Of a stretch of 57,301 bases of DNA, positions 29,501 through 36,283 are shown piece by piece (position 1 is the stretch's first letter; each line of letters starts with the position of its first letter). The notes below the pieces were generated by a model that was not told the origin of the DNA, did not search any database, and saw nothing but the letters and a program-made list of their open reading frames with translations. Source of the DNA: a virus (lineage: Duplodnaviria; Caudoviricetes); IMG/VR virus record IMGVR_UViG_3300045738_002091, positions 1 through 57,301 of that record; one strand, given 5' to 3'. The translations under genes and the position numbers were made by a program.

Positions 29501-31854
29501 CAGGAAATGCAAATATAACAGGAGGGACTATTTTCATCACCGGAGAAGTTGGAAATATATATAGCAGTGTTAATACCATAAGCGGAGCTTCTTCGGTTTA
29601 CATAACATCTGGCACAAGTTACCTCACCGGAACAAACGTCTTTTTGACTGGTGGAACAAGCACAATAAATACAGAAAATGTCAATGTTACTGGATCGGCA
29701 ACCATAAACTCCCCCACAACTGCTTATGTTACGGGGAGCACAATCAGCATCACTGACGGTATTAGTTACGTAACTGGAGAAGCAATAAACATTACAGGTG
29801 GGACCACTTACTCTACGGGCAATCTATTTTATATTACGGGCGGTCCAAATACAATTACTGGTAGCGTAGTTAACATAACTGGTGATGGCAATTTCGTATA
29901 TGATTCTACCGTTACTATTTCAACCTCCGAAAATGTTTATATCACTGGGGGCACTAACCATATGACCGGAGTGTCTATCGAAATTAACAATGACGGAATC
30001 ACTTTCGCTACAGGAGTTAATGTCAGCATTACTGGAGGTAATAATAATGTGACAGGTCACCTTGTCAATATAACTGGTGGAACTAATACGATAGAGAACT
30101 CCACTGTTAACGTGACAGGGGATAAGATATACATTAATAACAGCACTAACTTTATAACAGGGGCAGAGCAAACAATAACGGGTGGCACAAATTACATCAC
30201 AGGAACTAATTCTTATATATCTAGCGGAACGAATTATGTTACGGGTAATACGGTATTTATTTCTGGAGAAACAGTAAACGTAACGGAAGTGGGTGAATCC
30301 GTTTATGCAACTGGCCTAACATTTAATATTAGCGATGGCACAAACTATATAACGGGACGATACATTGGCATTACGGGTGGAACCATTAACGATATTCAAG
30401 CCGAGGGTGATGTCAATATAACGGGAGTCCAAACCTTTAACTTTATGCCCACCGGAGCGGGTAACATCGCATATATTGAAACAGTTACAGCTAACATCTA
30501 TACAGGATTGGTTTATGCCACAGGGAATATAATTAATACAACAGATGGTTCAAATCACATAACTGGAGGTGATTACATGACCGTTAATGTAACTGGCGAG
30601 ACTACCTACATAACTGGAAGAGACTCCATGACTTCCTATATAACTGGAGATGTTACAATTTATGATGGGACCAATCACATAACCGGAAGTAATGTTGGTA
30701 TTACTGGAGGTGTTAATTATATTACAGGTAATGCATATATAACTGGTGAAGGAGAGTTTTTTGCCACTGGAGAAAATATATACATATATCCAACCCTATC
30801 CTTTGAGGGTGAAAATTATGCCCATTTGGAGCTTACCAATGACATAGATGTAACAGGACAAAACATATATATAACTGGGGATGGACATAGCGTAACCGGA
30901 AAAACAATTTATATAACTGGAAACGACAACACTGTTAGAGATAGTACCGTATATGTTACGGGTTCGCAAATATATGTTACGAACGGAACAAATTCATTTA
31001 CTGGAAGTGATACGGTTAATATTACTGGCGGTACTAACGTAGTAAATGCTCATAATGGCTCGACTACGAATATCACAGGGACATCAATAGGGCCGATAAC
31101 TTCATCTGGCACAAGCTATGTAAATGCCACAAGCGCTTATTTCACTGATGGTATTAATTTCAATATTACCGGAATCTCAAATTATTTTACGGGCGGCAGT
31201 CATTATATAACTGGAAACAACATATTCATGACTGGTGGCACAATTGAAAATGCAGGGGGAACTCTTAGTCTCACTGGTTCTGGAATAACTATAAATAGCG
31301 GTACAAACTATGTTGATAATTCCAATCTAACAACATTCAATTCTATTATCAACTTTACTGGAGAAACAATTAGAGACAACATAATCAATGTCTATACAGG
31401 AAATGTAGATATCGAATTGGCATCTGGAACTGATATACATACTACTGGTGGTAGTATTTATATATCGGGAACAGACATAACAATAAGCGGAGAGGTTAAT
31501 GTAGCAAGCGGAACGTTTGAAGTAATAGGTGCAATATATGGAAATTTGAATTTACAAGCCGGGTCAGAAGCTACTCTAATAACTCCAGATATTTTCGGTG
31601 ATTTAAGGAGCTATGGAATTCTCCAAATCAATGGAGATGTGACCTTTGCTCAAACGAGTGGTGATACATTAATCTCTGGGATTTTACAACATCTCTACAC
31701 TGGAGAGGTTCCGACAGGAACCGTGGACGAATATGGAATAGACGGACAAATTGCCTATGATACGGGATGGTGGTATGTCAAGGTTCCTGATTCTGGTTGG
31801 TTAAGAAATCGCCTTTGCCCGTGGGGAGAAAGCTATCACACAGATTGTCCCTAA
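20530..31854 (+). CDS. Giant Thr/Gly/Asn/Ile-rich repeat protein (3774 aa), predicted beta-solenoid fibre
   Basis: A continuous 11.3-kb ORF built from degenerate units such as (V/I)NITGGTNYITG, with very few Lys/Arg/Trp/Cys. The C-terminal P.....G.DGQIAYD..WWYVKV...GW.R motif is seen at the ends of phage fibre proteins. Confidence 0.7.
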   Translation: MDIELIQLNYSTGYITGQNVSVYDSTIVEMNITGISPIVSITSGTTYFSDSTAYVTGNINVEDGGILTGEIIGNVTISGGTSYLTTDSSVSISGGTNTITGSSVFATGENLNISYGVTTATGNNINITSGTNTISLLSESDVYLTGGTNILNVYSGSATIGGDVANVYNQIVDSTNTTVTGYNVNITGGTTNITGNNFTISDGTNNINSGSGIVINHGLNTITDSLDVDVLGTVEALFDNEVAELTLIGGDPLIYKPDAVNIYSGEEITIHEAITVNLNDESSLNLLGDDSKIINASTLNFTGDNIDISNSGSGIVNITSIGDATVKDSSNIYLSGTVNVTGTVINSGLITVTGSDFSIYSGENTIGSSTVTVNSDDITVRNLSNTYINGELLSFQDIEILNAGQLQMTGDATISNLAGSINITGGINEITGLGDGIIALYDSSGAIVNTSSSVSVTGGQTTITSSDTVSLVGESGSSSTIHNTGNVGITGGTIAITNTGDASVTGSTISSFNLVSGTAHFVLQTGFITGGVNYLTGQNFSITSGTSHFTGDSIYVTDGTSHITGNNVYITGQTISVTGVGESVFATGQDITINDGTVSATGKIFNVSGSTVNITGQLNITGTNNTINADTAYLTGQSLNIYSGTSFITGGAISVSGGVVNVTGVTSGTFNLNDGSVSTVNLSGSGNVLTVNEGAVIKLDIDDAENLNLPDIDSVTVISGNTYISGQEFSGIFITGGTTSITGFIGSGVTVNSGTVNINSTGEFTLNSPIEVNVHNKESGIVNFTGTANVYSGANSITSVSGAIISITGGTNSWSGGVVTITGGTNYITGDVSITGDQITITGSSGTNQYITGNSITIQSSTNTNISGISGSTFDIDESINIFSDIQDSTFTIEDVSTLNLTGGSQTINGTISQQNQYMFGGNITGTVIVSGGTHTFNTYGDTDINLYSGEHSVTGDSINITGGFVNIFNIESGATNTFSDSDVDISINTTSGDSTLVVSGDVNSISTSELSVDTLTGNLISFTGSNVTIQTGDVNDISITGYNQVVNLSFGSQSISKDSINVGDINTFILQNSGINTITNLTGRFVSIIDGAIDLNNAYGDIYSYSGDINVSNTGNTFNTTGGNIYHNITGNVDTITGGINTIYSTSTLNLQTNELTVSGGTNYITGDTVTVTGGINYLTGTDPGTFSLISGSNYITLNDNNLELTGGTNIVTVNSGNVSITGITTISGGAISVLGDVSEVSDSTIVHNVSGTNVDIESMTGSITAVNASITGIILSVTGNTINATGQVNATGETINVTGTAYINGSGSNIYVTGIANTTGSNTNILGSGNTISISDSDIVISGGTVSDVSTTGLIINQGTTYVTPLTDRKIIHTAFYSSTGERNYVISGGVPTGEENLIVSIGGIIMNPFDDYAISGTSVHLIASPSSGEEVEIRNFSSDQADIPISIIDAASVRFTGGSQTVTIIDPNVAYLYPESGNVSVTGGLVNLYNSSSTQVGVTGTGITITQGIITISGQTSPPISNSTVNFYGDTTNVITGDNVSISGGDNYISGAVGIATALGYYSNAEASGLMDSDINIYSGITYITGGYSLATADSSSTATAISNVNVNMSGGINTINTPNVSITGYLLENVNLTATSGDINVTGHSITITGDNIINASGNYLTVQSGTANIEITGDNPISITGGLTNLTISGTTNIIGGENIFNINSGAISEVYTSGTNTINSGTSYVTGQSITINSGITYFTGQNTGLNININSGITYFTGTNNDIDVISGVFYLTGNNSGASVNTTGGQNYFSNLENLNLSGGDNNFEDALIENINLNTDTINIYSGTTYATGENINITGGLNYVTGARDIWIYGGENIVTGEEGKTFITGGINEISFEGFGFAFIRYGTNYITGGINEIEALGPISITSGTSYFTGIHTGQININTGISYITVTGDVIVTGGVTHITNTGSISIDPETANIYSGTNSITGTQTIYITDGINIWSGGTNTITNGQNYITGDVSITGVDITLNESTIAYATGSSFTLNNGATANVTGNPPVYITGGTAVIYNSGQTDVASGTNVTIHNYAEMDMVVEDVNIVGGTNTISGETLGDINISDGTNYITGDPSITGSTINIIADLVTGVSGQTINVNSGDVNTTLIENSTIISNFGTINTSAGVSITGSTINVETGSTNYISGHTVNVYSGINIIDSEEGATISDSTNTFNATGTLNFDLIGATDNTFTFTGDSNIVNITGTTVFGDITINSGQTAITGAEIVLYGGVATIHSGEDIFLINSINTISGGENVYVLGDKNTLSGITIVSFTGNDNSIYDSVLYADEVNIASDTINTIRSGNISIDGGLNSLYNSTGANIYISDTGNTVNITSGTNINIVGTGNFLFTSGDFTTVNTEVFSGTDATISGLNITGGGAAYITNQGSEVISNTNVQSGGIAYLTGNSFTVSDIDGTAYITGRDIQISDSTLINSGDHVIITGTSLVVQGGVNSVTGNSISITDSTNTISGHQDLITITGGTSYITGDTDIYSGTNYVTGTTINITGGDIIAEANLVNITGGTTTVNDSSAHVTGENISIYDSTNYVTGGAIYVTSGIINATGDNSTIIVTGNELVNLTDNDLAYITGESISIHDSTNYVTGGIINITGGIVNITGDNSTITITGNELVNVTNHAIASVTGSDIDIENNDGGTISITGTVDTISNGTNYILTGDYSTGIFNITGGTSNIYIQSSGSHASVTGNANIYSGNVFATGNEISINGGINSLTGANVNITGGTSYITGHEEIVINNGTNYITGADIGVTGGTNDITNLGVLVLDTPIGYIDGGTNLVTGNNITITGGTNHVTGHEDIYITSGTSFVTGGDVFITGGTVYSTGNNIFATGQNINVSGGTSYITGITVSSIGNNNHISGNTAYITGETLTINSQTNYITGTDISINDGTNTITGIVTLIDGGVNYHSGVTLNITNGTTFATGTYFNITGSTNYITGSVVNITGNANITGGTIFITGEVGNIYSSVNTISGASSVYITSGTSYLTGTNVFLTGGTSTINTENVNVTGSATINSPTTAYVTGSTISITDGISYVTGEAINITGGTTYSTGNLFYITGGPNTITGSVVNITGDGNFVYDSTVTISTSENVYITGGTNHMTGVSIEINNDGITFATGVNVSITGGNNNVTGHLVNITGGTNTIENSTVNVTGDKIYINNSTNFITGAEQTITGGTNYITGTNSYISSGTNYVTGNTVFISGETVNVTEVGESVYATGLTFNISDGTNYITGRYIGITGGTINDIQAEGDVNITGVQTFNFMPTGAGNIAYIETVTANIYTGLVYATGNIINTTDGSNHITGGDYMTVNVTGETTYITGRDSMTSYITGDVTIYDGTNHITGSNVGITGGVNYITGNAYITGEGEFFATGENIYIYPTLSFEGENYAHLELTNDIDVTGQNIYITGDGHSVTGKTIYITGNDNTVRDSTVYVTGSQIYVTNGTNSFTGSDTVNITGGTNVVNAHNGSTTNITGTSIGPITSSGTSYVNATSAYFTDGINFNITGISNYFTGGSHYITGNNIFMTGGTIENAGGTLSLTGSGITINSGTNYVDNSNLTTFNSIINFTGETIRDNIINVYTGNVDIELASGTDIHTTGGSIYISGTDITISGEVNVASGTFEVIGAIYGNLNLQAGSEATLITPDIFGDLRSYGILQINGDVTFAQTSGDTLISGILQHLYTGEVPTGTVDEYGIDGQIAYDTGWWYVKVPDSGWLRNRLCPWGESYHTDCP
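28231..28548 (+). repeat. Imperfect 159-bp (53-codon) tandem duplication inside the giant ORF
   Basis: GATTCTACGAATTATGTGACC occurs at 28261 and 28420. Protein units: HVTGENISIYDSTNYVTGG...TGNELVNLT and YITGESISIHDSTNYVTGG...TGNELVNVT. Confidence 0.85.
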
Positions 31855-32582
31855 GCCTTAGTCATTTTTTCCTTAAGGGCCTTGATCTTCGGGATATATT
31901 CAAAAATCTTTATATTTGAAACGTCATCTAATGAACTAAATTCATCTGCTCCTTTGACCCCATCAGAAACAAGCCTTTTTTTTACGTCATCAAAACCAAC
32001 GTTTGTAATGTCCATTAGTTTCTGAAGGATTACCCTTGGATTTGTGAGGTTTCCGCTTTCCCCATCTTGTTGGGGAGGGACTATTTTGGAATTTCCTATT
32101 TCGTCTTTGCCCAAAATATTAACCTTTAGGAAGTTTCTGACGCAGCGCACAAATGCTCTATTTTCAGCCGTTGCTCCAAGATAATACCGCGTAAGAGAAT
32201 TGGTGTTCTCTATGGAAGCGTCTCCTATAGCAGAGAAGGTTACTTCTTTTCCTTCTGTCTCAAGATTCGGAATCCATTTTATTTTGCAAACAGAAACTAC
32301 ATAACCCTGAGAGGGGCAAGAGACCTCGTGTGTAAGCTCAGTATAACCTCGAACTTGAGCAAGTTCTTTATACCCATGAAGAAGAACGAGTAAATCTCTA
32401 TCTTCTAAATCATCAATACTTTTGCTTGCGTTGCCCCTGTCTTTTGGGACTAAAAAATCAGGGTTGATCATTTTTCTCCAATCAATAAACCCTTCATCGG
32501 TAAGTTTGTAGTCTAACCCTTTAATTAAACCGTCATTATTGCGTTCGATCTTTTTGATTTTAGGCGTGGCTTTTCTTGGCAT
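31851..32582 (-). CDS. Probable single-strand annealing protein (Rad52/Sak/ERF-like fold)
   Basis: LLHGYKELA..RG...VVSVCKI.W...FSAIGDAS..N...YL.ATAENRAFVRCVRNFL.VNI...DEI resembles the SSAP core helix motif (A.AE.RA..RA.R). Confidence 0.55.
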   Translation of the reverse strand: MPRKATPKIKKIERNNDGLIKGLDYKLTDEGFIDWRKMINPDFLVPKDRGNASKSIDDLEDRDLLVLLHGYKELAQVRGYTELTHEVSCPSQGYVVSVCKIKWIPNLETEGKEVTFSAIGDASIENTNSLTRYYLGATAENRAFVRCVRNFLKVNILGKDEIGNSKIVPPQQDGESGNLTNPRVILQKLMDITNVGFDDVKKRLVSDGVKGADEFSSLDDVSNIKIFEYIPKIKALKEKMTKA

Positions 32583-32583
32583 T

Positions 32584-33762
32584 TTATTTTCGGTTTGTTT
32601 TTGTTTTTGTTTTTTCTAAGAGCATGTAATAATCAGATTCCTCCCAAAACTCTTCATCATCGACAACTTTTTGGATATCGTCTTGATTCGAGCAAGGGAT
32701 ATCGTTTTTATGATGATATTTACTTAAATACATTTTAGAATTGCTAAGAGTAAGCTTGGATGATTTGAAATACAAGTTTTTTTTGTCTTTGTGTTCTGAA
32801 AAGTCAGGGATCTTTTTGGGGTGGATAATTCCGTAATCCATATAATCAAGCTTAATAGACTCAAGTTCTTTCCCTTCAATGCTGCTCAAAAGTAAAAATT
32901 TTATACCATGATATTCAAGAAATTCTATAAATTTTGGATCATTTTCTTTTTCTATAAAATAAATTATTTCTTTAATTTTGTGTTTGTACTTAAGAAGTAT
33001 ATTCGAGTCGATTGACTTGTTAGTCACAATAGAGCAAACGCAATCTTCTAGCTGCCTACAAAGATTGTTTTCTTCAAAGAAAAAATCCATTCTTACGATA
33101 ATCGCAGATATATTAAGGGACGCAGAACCTATGACTTGATTAGGTACTGTTTCTATTATTTTATTAAGATAATTATTACCCGACCCAAGCGTCTTGTATC
33201 CAAATTTAAAATCAAATCCAAGAAGATCAAAAATTGCTTTTGCAATTTTCTCTGGCTTAATCATATTAATTGTTTTTGGAAATTCCTGTGCCGCAAAAGA
33301 GGGCTTATTTCCTTCTCTGTCGCTTTCTATAAGAATTTGATTTTTGTTATCGCCCCAGTAAGGTTTAACGTCTTCTTTATGGTTATTTGCATAAGCGCAA
33401 ACTATTTTTTTATTGTAGTGTCCGGCCAATTGACTAATGTGATTGTCTATTCCAAAGTGAAGCATTGAATTTTTGATCAAATATGCTTCTTGATTTTTGG
33501 TTGCCATACCACATACAGAAAAAACATTAGGAGGAGCTTTGCATCCTTTTTCTCCAAGTTGAAGAATTTGTATCTCTTCTTCTCTAAATTTGTCTTTTAT
33601 TATAGTAATAACATCTGCCCAAAAATCGTAATCTTGAGACGGAATAAGAGAAGTCGAAAACGTAATATATTTTTCAAAATCCAACGGGAAAAATTTCTCG
33701 TAGATATACGGCTTGTCTATTCTAACGCCGCAATTGGTCGCATAAGATTCTACTAGGTGCAT
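32584..33762 (-). CDS. Glycosyltransferase family 9 (heptosyltransferase-like) C-terminal half plus an unknown domain
   Basis: Start reassigned to ATG 33762 (MHLVESYA). QDYDFWADVI...IQILQLG...VCGMATKNQEAYLIKNSMLHFGIDNHISQLAG.YNKKIV..Y matches the GT9 nucleotide-sugar-binding domain pattern (L.IG.DSG..HLA.A...P.V.LF). Confidence 0.65.
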   Translation of the reverse strand: MHLVESYATNCGVRIDKPYIYEKFFPLDFEKYITFSTSLIPSQDYDFWADVITIIKDKFREEEIQILQLGEKGCKAPPNVFSVCGMATKNQEAYLIKNSMLHFGIDNHISQLAGHYNKKIVCAYANNHKEDVKPYWGDNKNQILIESDREGNKPSFAAQEFPKTINMIKPEKIAKAIFDLLGFDFKFGYKTLGSGNNYLNKIIETVPNQVIGSASLNISAIIVRMDFFFEENNLCRQLEDCVCSIVTNKSIDSNILLKYKHKIKEIIYFIEKENDPKFIEFLEYHGIKFLLLSSIEGKELESIKLDYMDYGIIHPKKIPDFSEHKDKKNLYFKSSKLTLSNSKMYLSKYHHKNDIPCSNQDDIQKVVDDEEFWEESDYYMLLEKTKTKTNRK

Positions 33763-33766
33763 ATTT

Positions 33767-35689
33767 TCACTTATAGTTAAGGTCTTTGTAAACAACTTTA
33801 TCTTTTCCGTTTCTTGAATATGTTGGGTGTTTCTGTGTCGTAAAATAAGGCTGAAACACAATGTCAAAATAACCTTTGTGTTTTCCTGTCCCTTGTAATC
33901 CTCTAAGATTATCCATTTGGTCGCTATAAGGAATCACGCCATGAACATATGGGTTTCCATCTAGAATATCAAAATATTCCGGTTTTGTACAAAAATAAAT
34001 TTTATAATTTTTATACTCTTCAGATATCGACCTAAGTAAGCTAGTAGACATAAAAACATCTTGAGCACTTTCAGGCATTATATACAAAATTCTTTTCTTG
34101 TCTTCTTTATCAAGAAGCGACTCAAGTGACTTATGTTTATTTTCAATTTCGGTATTTTCTTTTGTCGCCACCTGTCTGAAATAAGACTCTACGCTTTCTC
34201 TTGTGGCCCCTTTGACCATTTCTTGCATCCAATACCTATGCCCATCATCCTCTGAAGTAACATAGTGCATCTTAAGTATGTTGTGATACATACATAGTAA
34301 CCATTCATCATCGTTTTTAGTTTCTGGAATCTCAAAATTTGGATCTCTTTCCTCTTCTTTTAGGTCAAATTTATAAGTCGTAGGTTTGCATGTGTCTAAA
34401 AACCTTTCTAATTTTTTTCCAACAGCATCTATCGAAAATAAAGAAAGGGTCCACTCTCTTGCTTTCTTGCCAATTTTTTCTTTTTTGTGTTTGGGCATTC
34501 TCCAAACTTTCTCTATTTCTTTCGCAATTGATTCCGGTTTTGTTGAGGCTTTTCTGAATTCAGTTCCATGTTCTCGATATTCGCTCCAGTCTAACGCTAT
34601 GGAACCAGAGTCTGGAGTACAAAGGTCTTCTCCACAAGAATAGTTTGTAACAAGCGTTATTAATTCTACAAGTTTAGCTTCTTGAACTGGAATCTCTTGG
34701 CCACCAGAGGTAAATGGGTGGCAATATACATCCATTAAGTTGTATACTTCATTTAGTTGTTCCTCAGAAACTCCTAGTCCTACTCCCGTTGTGACCATAC
34801 CTTTTTGATCCCCACATATTGAACACGGTTGATCTTGTCCATTAAAGGGTTTTACATTGTAATTTTTACAGGATTTACAGACATAAGTAGTTATAATTTT
34901 ATTTTTATCTATTTTATATTCTCCAGCAAGTCTATGGATATTCCACCCTTCTGCCCAACTTGTATGAAGCAAAAGATAAGCATTGGAATTTTTATTTTTA
35001 GATAAGAATTTTTTGAATCCTTCTAACAAATTAGGTACAGATTTCCTAAGCTGGTTTCTGAAAACGTAACCTATGATATAAGCGTCAGGAGAAATTCCAG
35101 ATTTTTTTCTTAATTCTAACTTTTTTTCATCATCAAGTTTGTAAAAATATTTATCATCAATTGCCCCATGAACCGTTTTAACTTGCTCATAACCTTCTTG
35201 ATTTATCGCTTTGGTTGCAAAATTTGACCATATCCAATAATTTTTAACTCTTTTTGCTGCTTCGATAGCAGTTGGAAGAATCGGCAAGGAATCAAGAGTC
35301 GTCCATAGAACAGAGGTGATTTTATCAAACCATATTTTATTTATCGCAAATTCAATTCCCCATATGTCTTGCACAGCAATATAAACATCAGGTTTTTCGT
35401 CTTTCATTACCCTGTCGATATAGTGTGCTCCATAACCAGCTAATCTGGCTACGTTTGGGTCTCTGTTTAATTGATTTACTTCCTCTTGGCTATCGGGAAG
35501 ACACCCCATTGATTTCCAAGGGGTTCTTTTTAGGTCAGGGTTGGAATAACTCGTTCCAGCACAATAGTGTACCAAATCATACTTATCAGTTTTATATAAA
35601 TAAGTCAAAATGGCTTTGGCGTTTCTACCAAAACCAGTTTTGGCCAAAGCTGAATCAGTTTGGATAAGTACTTTAAGTTTTTTTGACAT
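33767..35689 (-). CDS. GT4-family (GT-B) glycosyltransferase with Zn-ribbon insertion, DUF4214-like module and C-terminal GT9 N-domain
   Basis: Start ATG 35689 (TAATG overlap). TGFGR, IGYVFRNQLRK..P.LLEGF, LNEVYNLMDVYCHPFTSGGQEIPVQEA; CKSC...CSIC; MYHNILK...DDGHRYWMQEM..GATRESV..YF; RILYIMPESAQDVFMSTSLLRSI...IYFCTKPEY.DIL.GNPYV. Confidence 0.8.
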   Translation of the reverse strand: MSKKLKVLIQTDSALAKTGFGRNAKAILTYLYKTDKYDLVHYCAGTSYSNPDLKRTPWKSMGCLPDSQEEVNQLNRDPNVARLAGYGAHYIDRVMKDEKPDVYIAVQDIWGIEFAINKIWFDKITSVLWTTLDSLPILPTAIEAAKRVKNYWIWSNFATKAINQEGYEQVKTVHGAIDDKYFYKLDDEKKLELRKKSGISPDAYIIGYVFRNQLRKSVPNLLEGFKKFLSKNKNSNAYLLLHTSWAEGWNIHRLAGEYKIDKNKIITTYVCKSCKNYNVKPFNGQDQPCSICGDQKGMVTTGVGLGVSEEQLNEVYNLMDVYCHPFTSGGQEIPVQEAKLVELITLVTNYSCGEDLCTPDSGSIALDWSEYREHGTEFRKASTKPESIAKEIEKVWRMPKHKKEKIGKKAREWTLSLFSIDAVGKKLERFLDTCKPTTYKFDLKEEERDPNFEIPETKNDDEWLLCMYHNILKMHYVTSEDDGHRYWMQEMVKGATRESVESYFRQVATKENTEIENKHKSLESLLDKEDKKRILYIMPESAQDVFMSTSLLRSISEEYKNYKIYFCTKPEYFDILDGNPYVHGVIPYSDQMDNLRGLQGTGKHKGYFDIVFQPYFTTQKHPTYSRNGKDKVVYKDLNYK

Positions 35690-36246
35690 TACCAAATATC
35701 GGAATCATCATCCTTGACATCGGGCTTTGGTTCTGGTTCTGGAGCCTTCTCCTCGGCCTCTTTTACTCTTTGTTTCGCATCTTTAATTCTTTTTTTTCTT
35801 GTTATCTCGAAACTCCGAAGCAAGATGTATTCGAAGAAAAGAACAAGCTGGACAGATTCAGGGAAATCAAAACCAATAGCAAAAAATTCTCCGCTAGTTG
35901 AATCATCAGGTTTTTCTTTCGTAACTCCTAAAGAAAATCCAAGCTGATTGCCCTCTTTATTCACATAAGGGCCGAATTTAAATTTGACGATTTGGTTACT
36001 ACCATGATAACCCTTGAAGTCTGTGTTCCTTTTTATTGCATCTATAAAGCTGCAAATTTCCTTTTGGCTGAACTTGAGAATAACCTTGTTTTCGGGATCA
36101 TTAGCATGAAATGAAGCTTTTCGAGCTTTTGCATCCCAAGACTTTTGTCTAATTATCGAGGCGAAAAAAGAATTTTCTACCTCATTTAGGTAAAATCGAC
36201 AGGCCGAGCCTTTTACTGTTGGTTTTGGTTTGTAGAATTCAATCAT
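35689..36246 (-). CDS. Putative ssDNA-binding protein, Whirly/PC4-like fold, acidic C-terminal tail
   Basis: Start reassigned to ATG 36246. FYK....KGSAC.F, W......F...KVILKFSQKEICSFI, GFSLGV....F.IGFDFPES..L..FFEYIL. The tail PDVKDDDSDIW is SSB-like. Lies next to dnaE. Confidence 0.5.
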   Translation of the reverse strand: MIEFYKPKPTVKGSACRFYLNEVENSFFASIIRQKSWDAKARKASFHANDPENKVILKFSQKEICSFIDAIKRNTDFKGYHGSNQIVKFKFGPYVNKEGNQLGFSLGVTKEKPDDSTSGEFFAIGFDFPESVQLVLFFEYILLRSFEITRKKRIKDAKQRVKEAEEKAPEPEPKPDVKDDDSDIW

Positions 36247-36253
36247 ATGGAGA

Positions 36254-36283
36254 ACCATACAGGGAAATCCCCGAAGGTGTCAA
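36254..36283 (-). promoter_or_regulatory. Sigma70-like promoter TTGACA-N18-TATGGT, 7 nt before ATG 36246
   Basis: The minus strand reads TTGACAccttcggggatttccctgTATGGTtctccatATG. The TGA stop of dnaE lies within the -35 box. Confidence 0.65.

Noticed and set aside
19563-30171. Many 60-136-aa antisense ORFs (PV/IV-rich) opposite the giant genes
   Set aside because: These are shadow ORFs produced by the repetitive ACN-GGN codon pattern. They are fully nested in a long sense ORF and have no independent signals.
20530-31854. Giant ORF as tape measure protein or bacterial autotransporter/ice-nucleation protein
   Set aside because: The composition is beta-forming rather than helical Ala/Leu/Lys-rich. 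There is no signal peptide or C-terminal beta-barrel, and no InaZ AGYGSTxTA repeat.
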